A stretch of DNA of 32,000 nucleotides from Candidatus Paracaedimonas acanthamoebae. GTDB taxonomy: Bacteria > Pseudomonadota > Alphaproteobacteria > Caedimonadales > Caedimonadaceae. The translations under genes were made by a program, and so were the position numbers. Positions 9,398-17,926 of this stretch are shown here, in pieces. The notes under the pieces were generated by a model. It ran no database searches, had not been told where the DNA came from, and worked only from the letters and a program-made list of their open reading frames with translations. The stretch covers positions 780,001 to 812,000 of the forward strand of contig CP008936.1 in assembly GCA_000743035.1 (NCBI GenBank), written 5' to 3'. Positions within the stretch are counted from its first letter, which is position 1. Each line of letters starts with the position of its first letter.

Positions 9398-10411
9398 TTA
9401 AAATTCTTGAGATGTAAATTCTGCTTTTTTAAGATCAAGCCATTCGGTCCACGATCTGGATAAGTATCCATCTGAATCAAGGACGTATTCATAGAATTTT
9501 TCGATGGTAGCAAGCCTTTTAAGAGCGCCTTTAGTTTCCCACACACCAAGTGTCATATATGATATTTCCTGAAGATCTTTAACTCCTGCCAGTGAGTGTC
9601 TTGTAATAATATCATTAAGTTGTACCTGTCGCCCATTACGAATAATATCATACATTACTAAGAATGTTGTTGTTCTTCCGCTACCTCCACGACAATGAAA
9701 ATGTAGCCATGCTTCCTTTGGAAGAGTTTTAACAAAGTTTATAAATCGATCAATAACTTCATCATCGGGCTTCCAACGATCAAGAACGGGAAATCTTATA
9801 TACTCAAGGCCCAAGTCTTTTATAAGCTGTTCCTCAGTGCCTGCTGTTTTAATGTCAATATAATGTGGGGTTATATTGCAAAGATGTTTATGAGGTACTG
9901 TTTGAAAATTACAAATAGAATTTTTCTTAAGGTTGGTAAGATGCTGAAAAAGACTAATTTCAAGGTTGTTAATGAAAGTATTAGCTTGGCCTTCATTTGC
10001 CCAATTTCGTTCACCATACCAACTTACGGCATCACCATTGACAAAACCATGAGATTCTTGCCGGAGATCGATTATATAAATCTTTCCTTGCATTAAAGCT
10101 AATGCTGCTAAGATATTTTTTCTTGAAAATTGAGCACTCCCAGAAGCTTTTAGTTCTTTATATCCTTTAAAGGAAGGTAAATATGTATGCGATTTTAAAT
10201 AATGGTTTAGTTTTTTAGGGGGAATAGGCATAGATGTTGCTCTAAATCGGCGAGGAAGCGTAAAACTATCTTTTGCATCTAATATAAGGGGGTTATGACT
10301 TGTATAGGTTGTGAGATACGATATAGGGACCAGCATGGTGGAAAAGCTTGAAGACCCTATTAAACCAAGACTCAGCATTGTGATATAATATAATTTTTTA
10401 TTAAATAACAT
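9398..10411 (-). CDS. PTP-like cysteine phytase / inositol polyphosphate phosphatase with N-terminal hydrophobic signal region
   Basis: P-loop HCRGGSGRT (HCX5R[ST]) at 9671..9697, which I verified by reverse-complementing the DNA. The upstream context YIRFPVLDRWKPDDEVIDRFINFVKTLPKEAWLHFHC resembles the general-acid loop and P-loop region of Selenomonas-type PTP-like phytases. The N-terminus MLFNKKLYYITMLSLGLIGSSSFS is hydrophobic. Confidence 0.75.
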   Translation of the reverse strand: MLFNKKLYYITMLSLGLIGSSSFSTMLVPISYLTTYTSHNPLILDAKDSFTLPRRFRATSMPIPPKKLNHYLKSHTYLPSFKGYKELKASGSAQFSRKNILAALALMQGKIYIIDLRQESHGFVNGDAVSWYGERNWANEGQANTFINNLEISLFQHLTNLKKNSICNFQTVPHKHLCNITPHYIDIKTAGTEEQLIKDLGLEYIRFPVLDRWKPDDEVIDRFINFVKTLPKEAWLHFHCRGGSGRTTTFLVMYDIIRNGRQVQLNDIITRHSLAGVKDLQEISYMTLGVWETKGALKRLATIEKFYEYVLDSDGYLSRSWTEWLDLKKAEFTSQEF

Positions 10412-10519
10412 CCTAAAACCTTATAAAGAAATATAGATAATATGCTTGCTCTATTCTTTACACTTAAAGGTATTTTAAGTATTAAAAATGAAGAATAATT
10501 TAATGATAAATGGCTTATT

Positions 10520-11461
10520 ATGAATATCTCACAACTTGAAAAAGCAGCTTATCTTTTGCGGCAAGGCCATTTGGTTGCTATTCCAACTGAAACTGTCTAT
10601 GGGTTAGCGGCAAATGCCTTTTCAGATCAAGCGGTTGCTAAAATTTATTCTTTAAAAAATCGCCCAAGCTTTAATCCTTTAATTATCCATTGTAAGGATT
10701 TAGAGATGGCGCAAGAAATAGGCATTTTTAATGATTATGCCTTTAAGTTAGCAAAAGCATTTTGGCCTGGACCTTTAACAATCGTTCTTCCATTAAGTAC
10801 AAATGCACCAGTTTCACAACTAGCCACAACTGGTCTTAAAACAGTTGCTTTAAGAGTTCCTGCCCATCCTATGAGTTTAAAAATTTTAGAATTAGCTTGC
10901 ATACCTCTTGCAGCTCCTAGTGCAAATCCATCGGAATCAATTAGTCCAACGTCAGCTTTCCACGTTGAAAAAGCCTTCAAACATAATAATGATCTTTCTA
11001 TGATAATTGATGGAGGAGCTTGTGATGTAGGGCTTGAATCAACCATAGTTGATTTATCTGGAGAAAAGCCAATTTTATTAAGACCAGGAAAAATAACAAG
11101 AGAAGATTTAAGGACTTTTATAGGTGAGTTTTCCGATATTTCTTTAGAAACAGGACATCCTAAAGCACCGGGCCAACTTAAGCGGCATTATGCTCCTTCG
11201 ATTCCTTTGAAAATGAACGTGCATGAAGTTAATAAAAGCCAAGCTCTTTTAGCTTTTGGCCCCTCCCCGCTTCTCGGCGCTAAAAAAACTCTAAATTTAA
11301 GCCCAACGGCTGATTTAATTGGAGCAGCGGCCAACCTTTTCTCCATGCTTCATGAATTGGATAACACTGTGTTTGAAAGTATTGCTGTTATGCCAATCCC
11401 TCATCAAGGAGTTGGCATCGCAATTAATGATCGCCTTTCACGGGCTGAGACTTCTCAATAA
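10520..11461 (+). CDS. tsaC: L-threonylcarbamoyladenylate synthase (Sua5/YrdC long form)
   Basis: YrdC-domain motifs PTETVYGLAANA, KNRPSFNPLIIH, GPLTIVL and APSANPS are present, plus a C-terminal Sua5 domain. 313 aa. Confidence 0.9.
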   Translation: MNISQLEKAAYLLRQGHLVAIPTETVYGLAANAFSDQAVAKIYSLKNRPSFNPLIIHCKDLEMAQEIGIFNDYAFKLAKAFWPGPLTIVLPLSTNAPVSQLATTGLKTVALRVPAHPMSLKILELACIPLAAPSANPSESISPTSAFHVEKAFKHNNDLSMIIDGGACDVGLESTIVDLSGEKPILLRPGKITREDLRTFIGEFSDISLETGHPKAPGQLKRHYAPSIPLKMNVHEVNKSQALLAFGPSPLLGAKKTLNLSPTADLIGAAANLFSMLHELDNTVFESIAVMPIPHQGVGIAINDRLSRAETSQ

Positions 11462-11497
11462 AAGGCTCTGAAAATGATAAAGGCGCTGTCAGTTCAT

Positions 11498-12724
11498 CTA
11501 ATTTTTATTTAACTGTATTTGCAATTCTACATCAATATCTTCTTCTTTCCCAACAGCCCAATTAAGCACCTTTAAAAGATTGGAGTGCATCAAAAGTATT
11601 GTTGGATTAAATTCTCGATTGAGAGCGTTAAATAAAGTAGTTTTTCCAATAGCTTGCCTTAATTGATCATGCATTCCATTTAGATAAGTCGTATACTCTC
11701 TCAAGAAATTATCGACAACTAAATTTCTGCCTGCAATATTTTGTCCTTTTTGTTCATTCCCTTTTGTTACAAGTTCAAGATATAATGCTTGCCCTAACTT
11801 CATAAGAGTAAGCTTAGTTGTGTTATGTTCATGGAGTATAGCTTCTTGAGTTTTTTGGGCATCTTCAAACATTTTTTCAAAATACTTGAGTAGGTCAGAA
11901 TTTTCTGAAGGCTGTCCTAAAGCCCATTTAACCGCAGAAGGAATTTGTGTCATGGCGCGGTTTACTGTCATCCTGAAAAAGCTTACAGGATCGCCCAATT
12001 CTTGAGTTCTCTGCTTTGGATCTAGAATAGAAGCGCTTTGTTCTTTTTTTGTGGTTATATTTTTAATAGAACTCTTTAGGTCTGCCAACATTGATTTTAC
12101 AACAAGCTCAACTCTTTCGTTTGAGCCATGTTCAGTTTCATTTAACGGTTCAAGTACACTTCCACAGAGTGTTAAGGCTATTTTCAATAATTCAGTGAGT
12201 TCTGTTTCAGGGTCTTTGATAGTGACGAAAGCAGCTTTAGCAACTGGTGCACTCAGCGATATGTCTTTTTTAAAAGAATTATTCCTAGATCTAGGGCTTT
12301 TTATAGAATCTGATTTGCTTGCTTCAGGTAATAATTTAGTTGAATTAGTAACCTTATCGTCTTCTAAAGAAGAAGATAAAGGCTGTATATCTATTTGAGT
12401 TAAAGAAGGACTTGAACTGCTTCGAGTGCTTCCGCCCGCTGTATAGCTGAAACCTCTTAAACGCGAAGTTAAACTTGAAGGGCTTTGCAGAATAGTATCT
12501 TGCTTTTTAGGACTTTCTGAGCGAGGAGAAGAACTAGATGATGAACTATCATCTTTTTTTATACTACTTGAGCTACCTTTGAGAGATATGAGAGATAGAG
12601 AAAATTTTCGTTTTGCTTTTTTTGGTTCTTCTGATGGTGAAGGTGATGTGACAGGAATCAAAGAGCCAAGAGATTTTATTTTTGCTTGAACTCTTTTCTT
12701 CTTCAGAAGAATCATTAGTTGCAA
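11498..12724 (-). CDS. Hypothetical protein: Ser/Lys/Pro-rich low-complexity N-terminal half and alpha-helical C-terminal half
   Basis: 408-aa ORF. About the first 165 aa are Ser-rich with S-P motifs (SPSPSEEP, SPRSESPKK, KSPRSRNNS); the remainder is of ordinary composition. It has only a TTG/ATG start with no obvious RBS. See the overlapping signal-peptide ORF 12573..12788. Confidence 0.6.
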   Translation of the reverse strand: MQLMILLKKKRVQAKIKSLGSLIPVTSPSPSEEPKKAKRKFSLSLISLKGSSSSIKKDDSSSSSSSPRSESPKKQDTILQSPSSLTSRLRGFSYTAGGSTRSSSSPSLTQIDIQPLSSSLEDDKVTNSTKLLPEASKSDSIKSPRSRNNSFKKDISLSAPVAKAAFVTIKDPETELTELLKIALTLCGSVLEPLNETEHGSNERVELVVKSMLADLKSSIKNITTKKEQSASILDPKQRTQELGDPVSFFRMTVNRAMTQIPSAVKWALGQPSENSDLLKYFEKMFEDAQKTQEAILHEHNTTKLTLMKLGQALYLELVTKGNEQKGQNIAGRNLVVDNFLREYTTYLNGMHDQLRQAIGKTTLFNALNREFNPTILLMHSNLLKVLNWAVGKEEDIDVELQIQLNKN

Positions 12725-12788
12725 GCGTTAAGTGACTAATACTTAATGTCAACAATAAAGTTAAGGGGATAAAAGGTTTCTTAGACAT
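12573..12788 (-). CDS. Short ORF encoding a signal peptide, probably the detached 5' end of the 11498..12724 gene
   Basis: MSKKPFIPLTLLLTLSISHLTLA|TNDSSEEEKSSSKNK..., with GGAG 7 nt upstream of the ATG (12796..12799 on the plus strand). After about 38 aa the frame becomes implausible (ISWLFDSCHITFTIRR). It overlaps the 408-aa ORF by 152 nt in a different frame. Confidence 0.4.
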   Translation of the reverse strand: MSKKPFIPLTLLLTLSISHLTLATNDSSEEEKSSSKNKISWLFDSCHITFTIRRTKKSKTKIFSISHISQR

Positions 12789-12931
12789 ACATTAACTCCG
12801 CATTATAATTTTTTGAATATACTACTTTGATTGCACAAACGGAATATTTTCAACCTACAAAGCAAACGTGCGCATAAGTGAGATCTCTCATTCGCCAATA
12901 AATTTACCCAGTTCAAAATTTCCTAAATGGC

Positions 12932-12952
12932 ATACCTCATTTAATGAGGTAT
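12932..12952. promoter_or_regulatory. Perfect inverted repeat ATACCTCAT-TTA-ATGAGGTAT in the intergenic region upstream of dapF
   Basis: Read directly from the sequence: 9-bp arms with a 3-nt spacer, followed by TTTTC. It lies about 70 bp upstream of the dapF ATG and about 145 bp upstream of the divergent signal-peptide ORF. Confidence 0.3.
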
Positions 12953-13020
12953 TTTCAAGAAAAAAGATGTGCATAAAGTGGATATAGACTTTATTGACTA
13001 TTTTCAGTTATAAAAGAGGC

Positions 13021-13848
13021 ATGTTAATACCATTTGTAAAAATGCATGGTCTTGGGAATGATTTTGTTATTCTTGAGCGCGACCAACTTCCTGCTATGCT
13101 TGAGAGAAAGCATATAAGAAATATTTGTGACCGACGTTTTGGAATTGGTTGTGATCAACTTATTATTACTGAGCCCTCGGCAACTGCTGATATTTTTATG
13201 CATATCTATAATGCTGATGGGAGCGAAGCTGGAGCTTGTGGAAACGCAACCCGTTGCCTAGGTTACTTATTGACTCAACAGGATCAAAGTATTATTCATA
13301 CTATTCAAACAATTAGTGGGTTTCTTAAAGCAGAAACCTTTGAAGATGGCAGAGTTAAAGTTGATTTTGGTTCCCCAAGTTTAAGATGGCAAGATATCCC
13401 TCTTGCTAAAGAGGTTGATACCTTGAATCTTCCTATTGAATATAATGGCTTACAAAACCCTATTGCTGTCAGCATTGGCAATCCCCATATGGTCTTTTTT
13501 GTGTATGATGTTGAAAGTGTAGATCTGGAGAACCTTGGTATGGTTCTTACCCATCATCCGCTTTATGTTGAAGGTGCAAATATTGAAATTGTTGAAGTTC
13601 TAGATGAGTATACTATACGCCTGCGTGTCTATGAACGTGGAGTGGGAATCACTCCAGCGTGCGGCACCGGGGCTGCTGCCAGCGTAGTTGCTGCGAAATG
13701 TCGAGGGCTTATCAAAACTCCTGCCAAAGTTATTTTAGATGGAGGGGAATTATTAATCGATTATCAAGAAACGGTTACGATGTCCGGGCTTGTTACTCTA
13801 ACATTTCAAGGGCAGTTTAATTCTGCTCTTCTTCAGGATGTTGCCTAG
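13021..13848 (+). CDS. dapF: Diaminopimelate epimerase
   Basis: FVKMHGLGNDFVIL, GNATRC (first catalytic Cys), NPHMVFFV and ACGTGAAAS (second catalytic Cys) are present. The track ORF opens at TTG 12994; ATG 13021 follows AAGAGG. Confidence 0.9.
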   Translation: MLIPFVKMHGLGNDFVILERDQLPAMLERKHIRNICDRRFGIGCDQLIITEPSATADIFMHIYNADGSEAGACGNATRCLGYLLTQQDQSIIHTIQTISGFLKAETFEDGRVKVDFGSPSLRWQDIPLAKEVDTLNLPIEYNGLQNPIAVSIGNPHMVFFVYDVESVDLENLGMVLTHHPLYVEGANIEIVEVLDEYTIRLRVYERGVGITPACGTGAAASVVAAKCRGLIKTPAKVILDGGELLIDYQETVTMSGLVTLTFQGQFNSALLQDVA

Positions 13849-15115
13849 AATGGCTCAACGTGAACCTGAGCTTATAACGTTTGGATGTCGGCTTAATGCT
13901 TATGAGTCAGAAGTAATGCGCTCTCATGCTCGATCACAAGGGCTTGAAAATGCAATTATTATAAATACTTGTTCTGTGACTAATGAGGCGGAACGACAAG
14001 CGCGGCAAGCTATTCGACGAGCTCGAAAAGAACACCCAAATGCAATGATCATCGTCACAGGGTGTAGTGCTCAACAAAACCCTGATATTTATGCTCAAAT
14101 GGCAGAGGTGGATCGTGTACTGGGCAACCATGAAAAAATGCAGGTTGAGAGTTTTTCCCCTCTTCTTTCTACTAAAATTCTTCTTTCTGATATTATGCAA
14201 GTAAGAGAAACAGCTACTCACTTAGTATCAGGTTTTGAGAATCATGTTCGTGCCTTTATCGAAATACAAAATGGTTGTGATCACAGATGTACATTTTGCT
14301 CAATTCCTTTTGGGCGTGGTCCAAACCGTAGTGTGCCAATTGCTGAGATTGTACGTCAAATTAAACATTTGGTGGCTCAAGGATGTAAAGAAGTTGTTTT
14401 TACAGGCGTTGATATTACTGGTTATGGGGCGGATCTTCCAGGAAAGCCTACATTAGCTCAAATGATCAAACGTACTCTTTCACAGGTTCCAGAGATTGAA
14501 CGTTTGAGACTATCCTCTTTGGATCCTGTTGAAATTGATCAAGATCTTATTACTTTGTTTGGAAAAGATACAAGGCTTATGCCTCATGTTCATCTTAGCT
14601 TACAGGCAGGTGATAATATGATTCTAAAGCGAATGAAACGCCGTCATCTAAGAAAAGATGCTATTGATATTTGCAAACAATTAAGAGCAGCTCGCCAAGA
14701 CATAGTCTTTGGTGCAGATCTTATTGCAGGTTTTCCTACTGAGAGTGATGAAATGTTCAAAAATACCCTCGATATTATCGAAGAATGTGATATTTCATAC
14801 CTTCATGTTTTTCCTTATTCTGCACGTCGTGGCACTCCTGCTGCAAGAATGCCTCAAGTTCCCAAAGAAATAATTAAAATGCGTGCATCTTTGCTTCGAG
14901 AAGTAGGAAAAAAAAGACTCCAGCAATTTTTACAAACGCAACTTCATCGTTCTCTTAATGTATTAGTAGAGCGTAATTTTAGAGGCCACACAGACCATTT
15001 TGCTTCAGTTCAATTAGAAGGAAGTCAATTGGACGATAATTGGATTGGAAGCATTATCCCTGCTAAAATTATTGGTGTAACTCCAAATAAACTTAAGGCA
15101 ATACCTCATGTCTGA
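13838..15115 (+). CDS. mtaB: tRNA (t6A37) methylthiotransferase MtaB (radical SAM, MiaB-like)
   Basis: N-terminal UPF0004 domain TFGCRLNAYESE. Radical-SAM motif CDHRCTFCSIP. TRAM-like C-terminus. The dapF-mtaB-ftsY order matches alphaproteobacteria. An alternative ATG lies at 13850. Confidence 0.85.
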   Translation: MLPRMAQREPELITFGCRLNAYESEVMRSHARSQGLENAIIINTCSVTNEAERQARQAIRRARKEHPNAMIIVTGCSAQQNPDIYAQMAEVDRVLGNHEKMQVESFSPLLSTKILLSDIMQVRETATHLVSGFENHVRAFIEIQNGCDHRCTFCSIPFGRGPNRSVPIAEIVRQIKHLVAQGCKEVVFTGVDITGYGADLPGKPTLAQMIKRTLSQVPEIERLRLSSLDPVEIDQDLITLFGKDTRLMPHVHLSLQAGDNMILKRMKRRHLRKDAIDICKQLRAARQDIVFGADLIAGFPTESDEMFKNTLDIIEECDISYLHVFPYSARRGTPAARMPQVPKEIIKMRASLLREVGKKRLQQFLQTQLHRSLNVLVERNFRGHTDHFASVQLEGSQLDDNWIGSIIPAKIIGVTPNKLKAIPHV

Positions 15116-16040
15116 AGCAATTTCCAATAAAGGGTGGCTTTCTAAATTAAAAGAAGGTCTAAAAAGAACGTCAAATAAAATAACAGAAGGTCTTGAGTCT
15201 ATCCTTGTCAAAAAGAAGCTTGATAAAGAAATGCTTGAAGAGATTGAAGACCTTTTATTATCTACAGATTTAGGAGTGGCTACCACAAAAAAATTAATCG
15301 ATATTCTCGAGAAGAATCGATTTAACCAAGAGGTAACTAGTGTAGAAATTAAAAACTTTTTAGCTGAAGAAATTTCGAAAAGTCTCTCATCTTTCGGTTC
15401 TCCAATCTTGATTGAGAAAACTTCTTGTCCTCATGTTGTCTTGGTTGTTGGTATTAATGGAAGTGGGAAAACAACGACAATTGGAAAATTAGCTCATTTT
15501 TGGAGAAATCAAGGAAAAAAAGTTCGATTGGTTGCCGGAGACACATTTCGCGCGGCAGCTGTTGAACAACTAAAAGTGTGGGGTAGCCGTCTAGATATCC
15601 CTGTTGAAGAAAGTAAAAGTGGTGCAGATCCTGCGAGCTTGGCACATGAAGCTCTTCAAAAATCTATTAATGCAAAAGATGATTTATTAATTATCGATAC
15701 CGCAGGCCGACTGCATAATAAAGAAGATTTGATGGCAGAACTTTCAAAAATAATTCGAGTACTAAAAAAGTTGGATCCCGGGGCGCCACATAGTTCTATA
15801 TTAGTATTAGATGCAACCATTGGGCAAAATGCTTTAGCCCAAGCTGAAATTTTTAAGAAAGTTGCAAATATTTCAGGGTTGATTATTACAAAACTTGATG
15901 GGACCGCAAAAGGTGGTGTTCTTGTTGCTCTTGCTGAAAGGTTTCAGCTTCCTATTCATGCCATTGGTGTTGGAGAAGAAATTGAAGACTTGAAGCCTTT
16001 TGAACCTCAAGCCTTTGCTAACAGCCTTGTGGGCATTTAA
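15108..16040 (+). CDS. ftsY: Signal recognition particle receptor FtsY
   Basis: NG domain with GINGSGKTTTIGKLA, DTAGRL and TKLDGTAKGG. Short A domain. The start overlaps the mtaB stop (ATGTCTGA). Confidence 0.93.
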   Translation: MSEAISNKGWLSKLKEGLKRTSNKITEGLESILVKKKLDKEMLEEIEDLLLSTDLGVATTKKLIDILEKNRFNQEVTSVEIKNFLAEEISKSLSSFGSPILIEKTSCPHVVLVVGINGSGKTTTIGKLAHFWRNQGKKVRLVAGDTFRAAAVEQLKVWGSRLDIPVEESKSGADPASLAHEALQKSINAKDDLLIIDTAGRLHNKEDLMAELSKIIRVLKKLDPGAPHSSILVLDATIGQNALAQAEIFKKVANISGLIITKLDGTAKGGVLVALAERFQLPIHAIGVGEEIEDLKPFEPQAFANSLVGI

Positions 16041-16486
16041 TCGTCGCGATATACTTTTTCTTCACGTTCATGGCGTTCTTGAGCTTCTAAACTTAAAGTT
16101 GCAATAGGTCGAGCTTCAAGTCTTTGTAAGCCTATTGGATCTCCCGTTTCTTCACAAAATCCATAGCTACCATCCTCAATTCGCATAAGCGCTTCATCAA
16201 TTTTATTGATTAATTTTCGTTCTCTATCTCTAGTTCTTAGCTCAATAGCACGGTCAGTTTCAGCTGAAGCTCGATCTGCTACATCAGGTTCAGGATGTGT
16301 TTCTTCTTGAAGATGTTGAATTGTTTCTACAGAGTCTCGAAGAAGTTCATTTTTCCAGTCAAGTAACTTTTTTCTAAAATATTCAAGATGTTCTAAACAC
16401 ATATATTTTTCAGATTCTGTGGGCTTATATCCTGGAGGCAATATGATGTGTTTATTAGCTTTCTCATTTAACTCAAGTGTTGTCAT
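16037..16486 (-). CDS. dksA: RNA polymerase-binding transcription factor DksA (one-Cys, non-zinc-finger variant)
   Basis: Coiled-coil tip motif DVADRASAETD (DxxDxA). C-terminal GFCEETGDPIGLQRLEARPIATLSLEAQ aligns to the DksA C4 zinc finger, but only the first Cys is retained. Confidence 0.88.
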   Translation of the reverse strand: MTTLELNEKANKHIILPPGYKPTESEKYMCLEHLEYFRKKLLDWKNELLRDSVETIQHLQEETHPEPDVADRASAETDRAIELRTRDRERKLINKIDEALMRIEDGSYGFCEETGDPIGLQRLEARPIATLSLEAQERHEREEKVYRDD

Positions 16487-16717
16487 TTTTCTCTCCCATT
16501 TAAACCTAAACCCACTTTATATCATTTTAGATAATTCGTGAAAATAAATAAAATAGAATTATTATATGGCACACTTTTTAAAAACATTTATCTAAAGAGT
16601 TAGATATTTGTTGCACAGTGAGGTGAATGAATTTTTTCAATTTTGAAATCTTTCCGCTTGGCTAATGTTCTTTCGATTTGTACAGTATGTAAAACTATTG
16701 CAAAGGAATTCTAACGA

Positions 16718-17674
16718 ATGTCGCTTAATCAAGCAAAAAGAGATGAAATTTCTAGTATTTTACAACAAACTGCCTCTACACGGCGTGCAACTGTTCCAAC
16801 TTTAGAGGAAATACTATATCAACCTATCTCTGTATTAGATCATGGTTTTATACGTGTTATTGATTATATGGGAGATGATACAGCAATAGTTCAAGCAGCT
16901 CGGGTTTCATATGGTAAAGGAACTAAACAAATTCAACAAGATAAGGGGCTGATTAATTACTTAATGCGTCATAGGCACACGACACCTTTTGAAATGTGTG
17001 AAATTAAATATCATATAAAGCTTCCTATTTTTGTGGCAAGGCAATGGATTAGGCACCGAACTGCAAATGTTAATGAATATTCTGCTCGCTATTCAATTCT
17101 TGGGAAAGAATACTATATCCCTCGTGCCGAAGATCTTTCTGTTCAATCTACCACCAATCGACAAGGACGAGGCTCTGCAATGTCCTCAGAGGAATCAGCA
17201 AAAGTTTTAGATCTTTTACGCAAAGATGCTGAATTAGTGTACGAACATTATGAAGACATGCTTAATCAAGATCAAGAGGGCAACATTCTTGATCCTAATC
17301 GCTCAGGTTTAACTCGGGAACTTGCTCGAATGAATTTAACTTTAAATTACTATACGGAATGGTACTGGAAGATTGATTTACATAATCTTTTACATTTCAC
17401 GAGCTTACGTGGGGATCCTCATGCACAATATGAAATTAGAGCCTATGTAAATATTTTATTGGATACTATTAAAAAATGGGTCCCTTTTGCTTATGATGCT
17501 TTTATTGAGTATCGTCTTGAAGGAGCTCATATTTCGCGAACAGGGCGTTTAATACTTAAGCGCCTTCTTCATGGCGAGAAAGTTACACAACTGACCTCAG
17601 GTTTATCTCAAAGAGAATGGAAAGAATTTATTACTCTTTTTGATTTACATTATCTCGAAAACAGTGCTAGCTAA
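16718..17674 (+). CDS. thyX: FAD-dependent thymidylate synthase ThyX
   Basis: ThyX signature [18 protein letters not shown] is present. 318 aa, the long alphaproteobacterial/rickettsial-type form. Confidence 0.93.
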   Translation: MSLNQAKRDEISSILQQTASTRRATVPTLEEILYQPISVLDHGFIRVIDYMGDDTAIVQAARVSYGKGTKQIQQDKGLINYLMRHRHTTPFEMCEIKYHIKLPIFVARQWIRHRTANVNEYSARYSILGKEYYIPRAEDLSVQSTTNRQGRGSAMSSEESAKVLDLLRKDAELVYEHYEDMLNQDQEGNILDPNRSGLTRELARMNLTLNYYTEWYWKIDLHNLLHFTSLRGDPHAQYEIRAYVNILLDTIKKWVPFAYDAFIEYRLEGAHISRTGRLILKRLLHGEKVTQLTSGLSQREWKEFITLFDLHYLENSAS

Positions 17675-17701
17675 AGAAAATATATTAAATTAGAGCACAA
17701 A

Positions 17702-17926
17702 ATGGTTAGAGTTACGCGTAGCACTGTTTTACAATTAGCTGAAAATGATGCGGCAATTGTTTTGAAAGAGGATGGCACCCTAGAAGCATCTATGCCTGAA
17801 ATAAATTCAGAAAATGTTCCTGAGAATGTATTAACTGGTGCTGCTATTCTTTATGCTTTAAATAATCCTGATATTTGCCAACTTATTTTCAAAAATTTTG
17901 CCGAACAATGCAAAAATAATTCTTAG
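17702..17926 (+). CDS. Hypothetical small protein (74 aa)
   Basis: ORF lies 27 nt downstream of thyX on the same strand. It is acidic, with no signal peptide and no domain I recognise. Confidence 0.4.
   Translation: MVRVTRSTVLQLAENDAAIVLKEDGTLEASMPEINSENVPENVLTGAAILYALNNPDICQLIFKNFAEQCKNNS

Noticed and set aside
10464-10478. Full CtrA-box consensus TTAA-N7-TTAA upstream of tsaC and the phytase gene
   Set aside because: At this base composition a few such matches are expected by chance in 32 kb (rough estimate). There is no second box or supporting context, so it would be worth scoring only with a genome-wide model.
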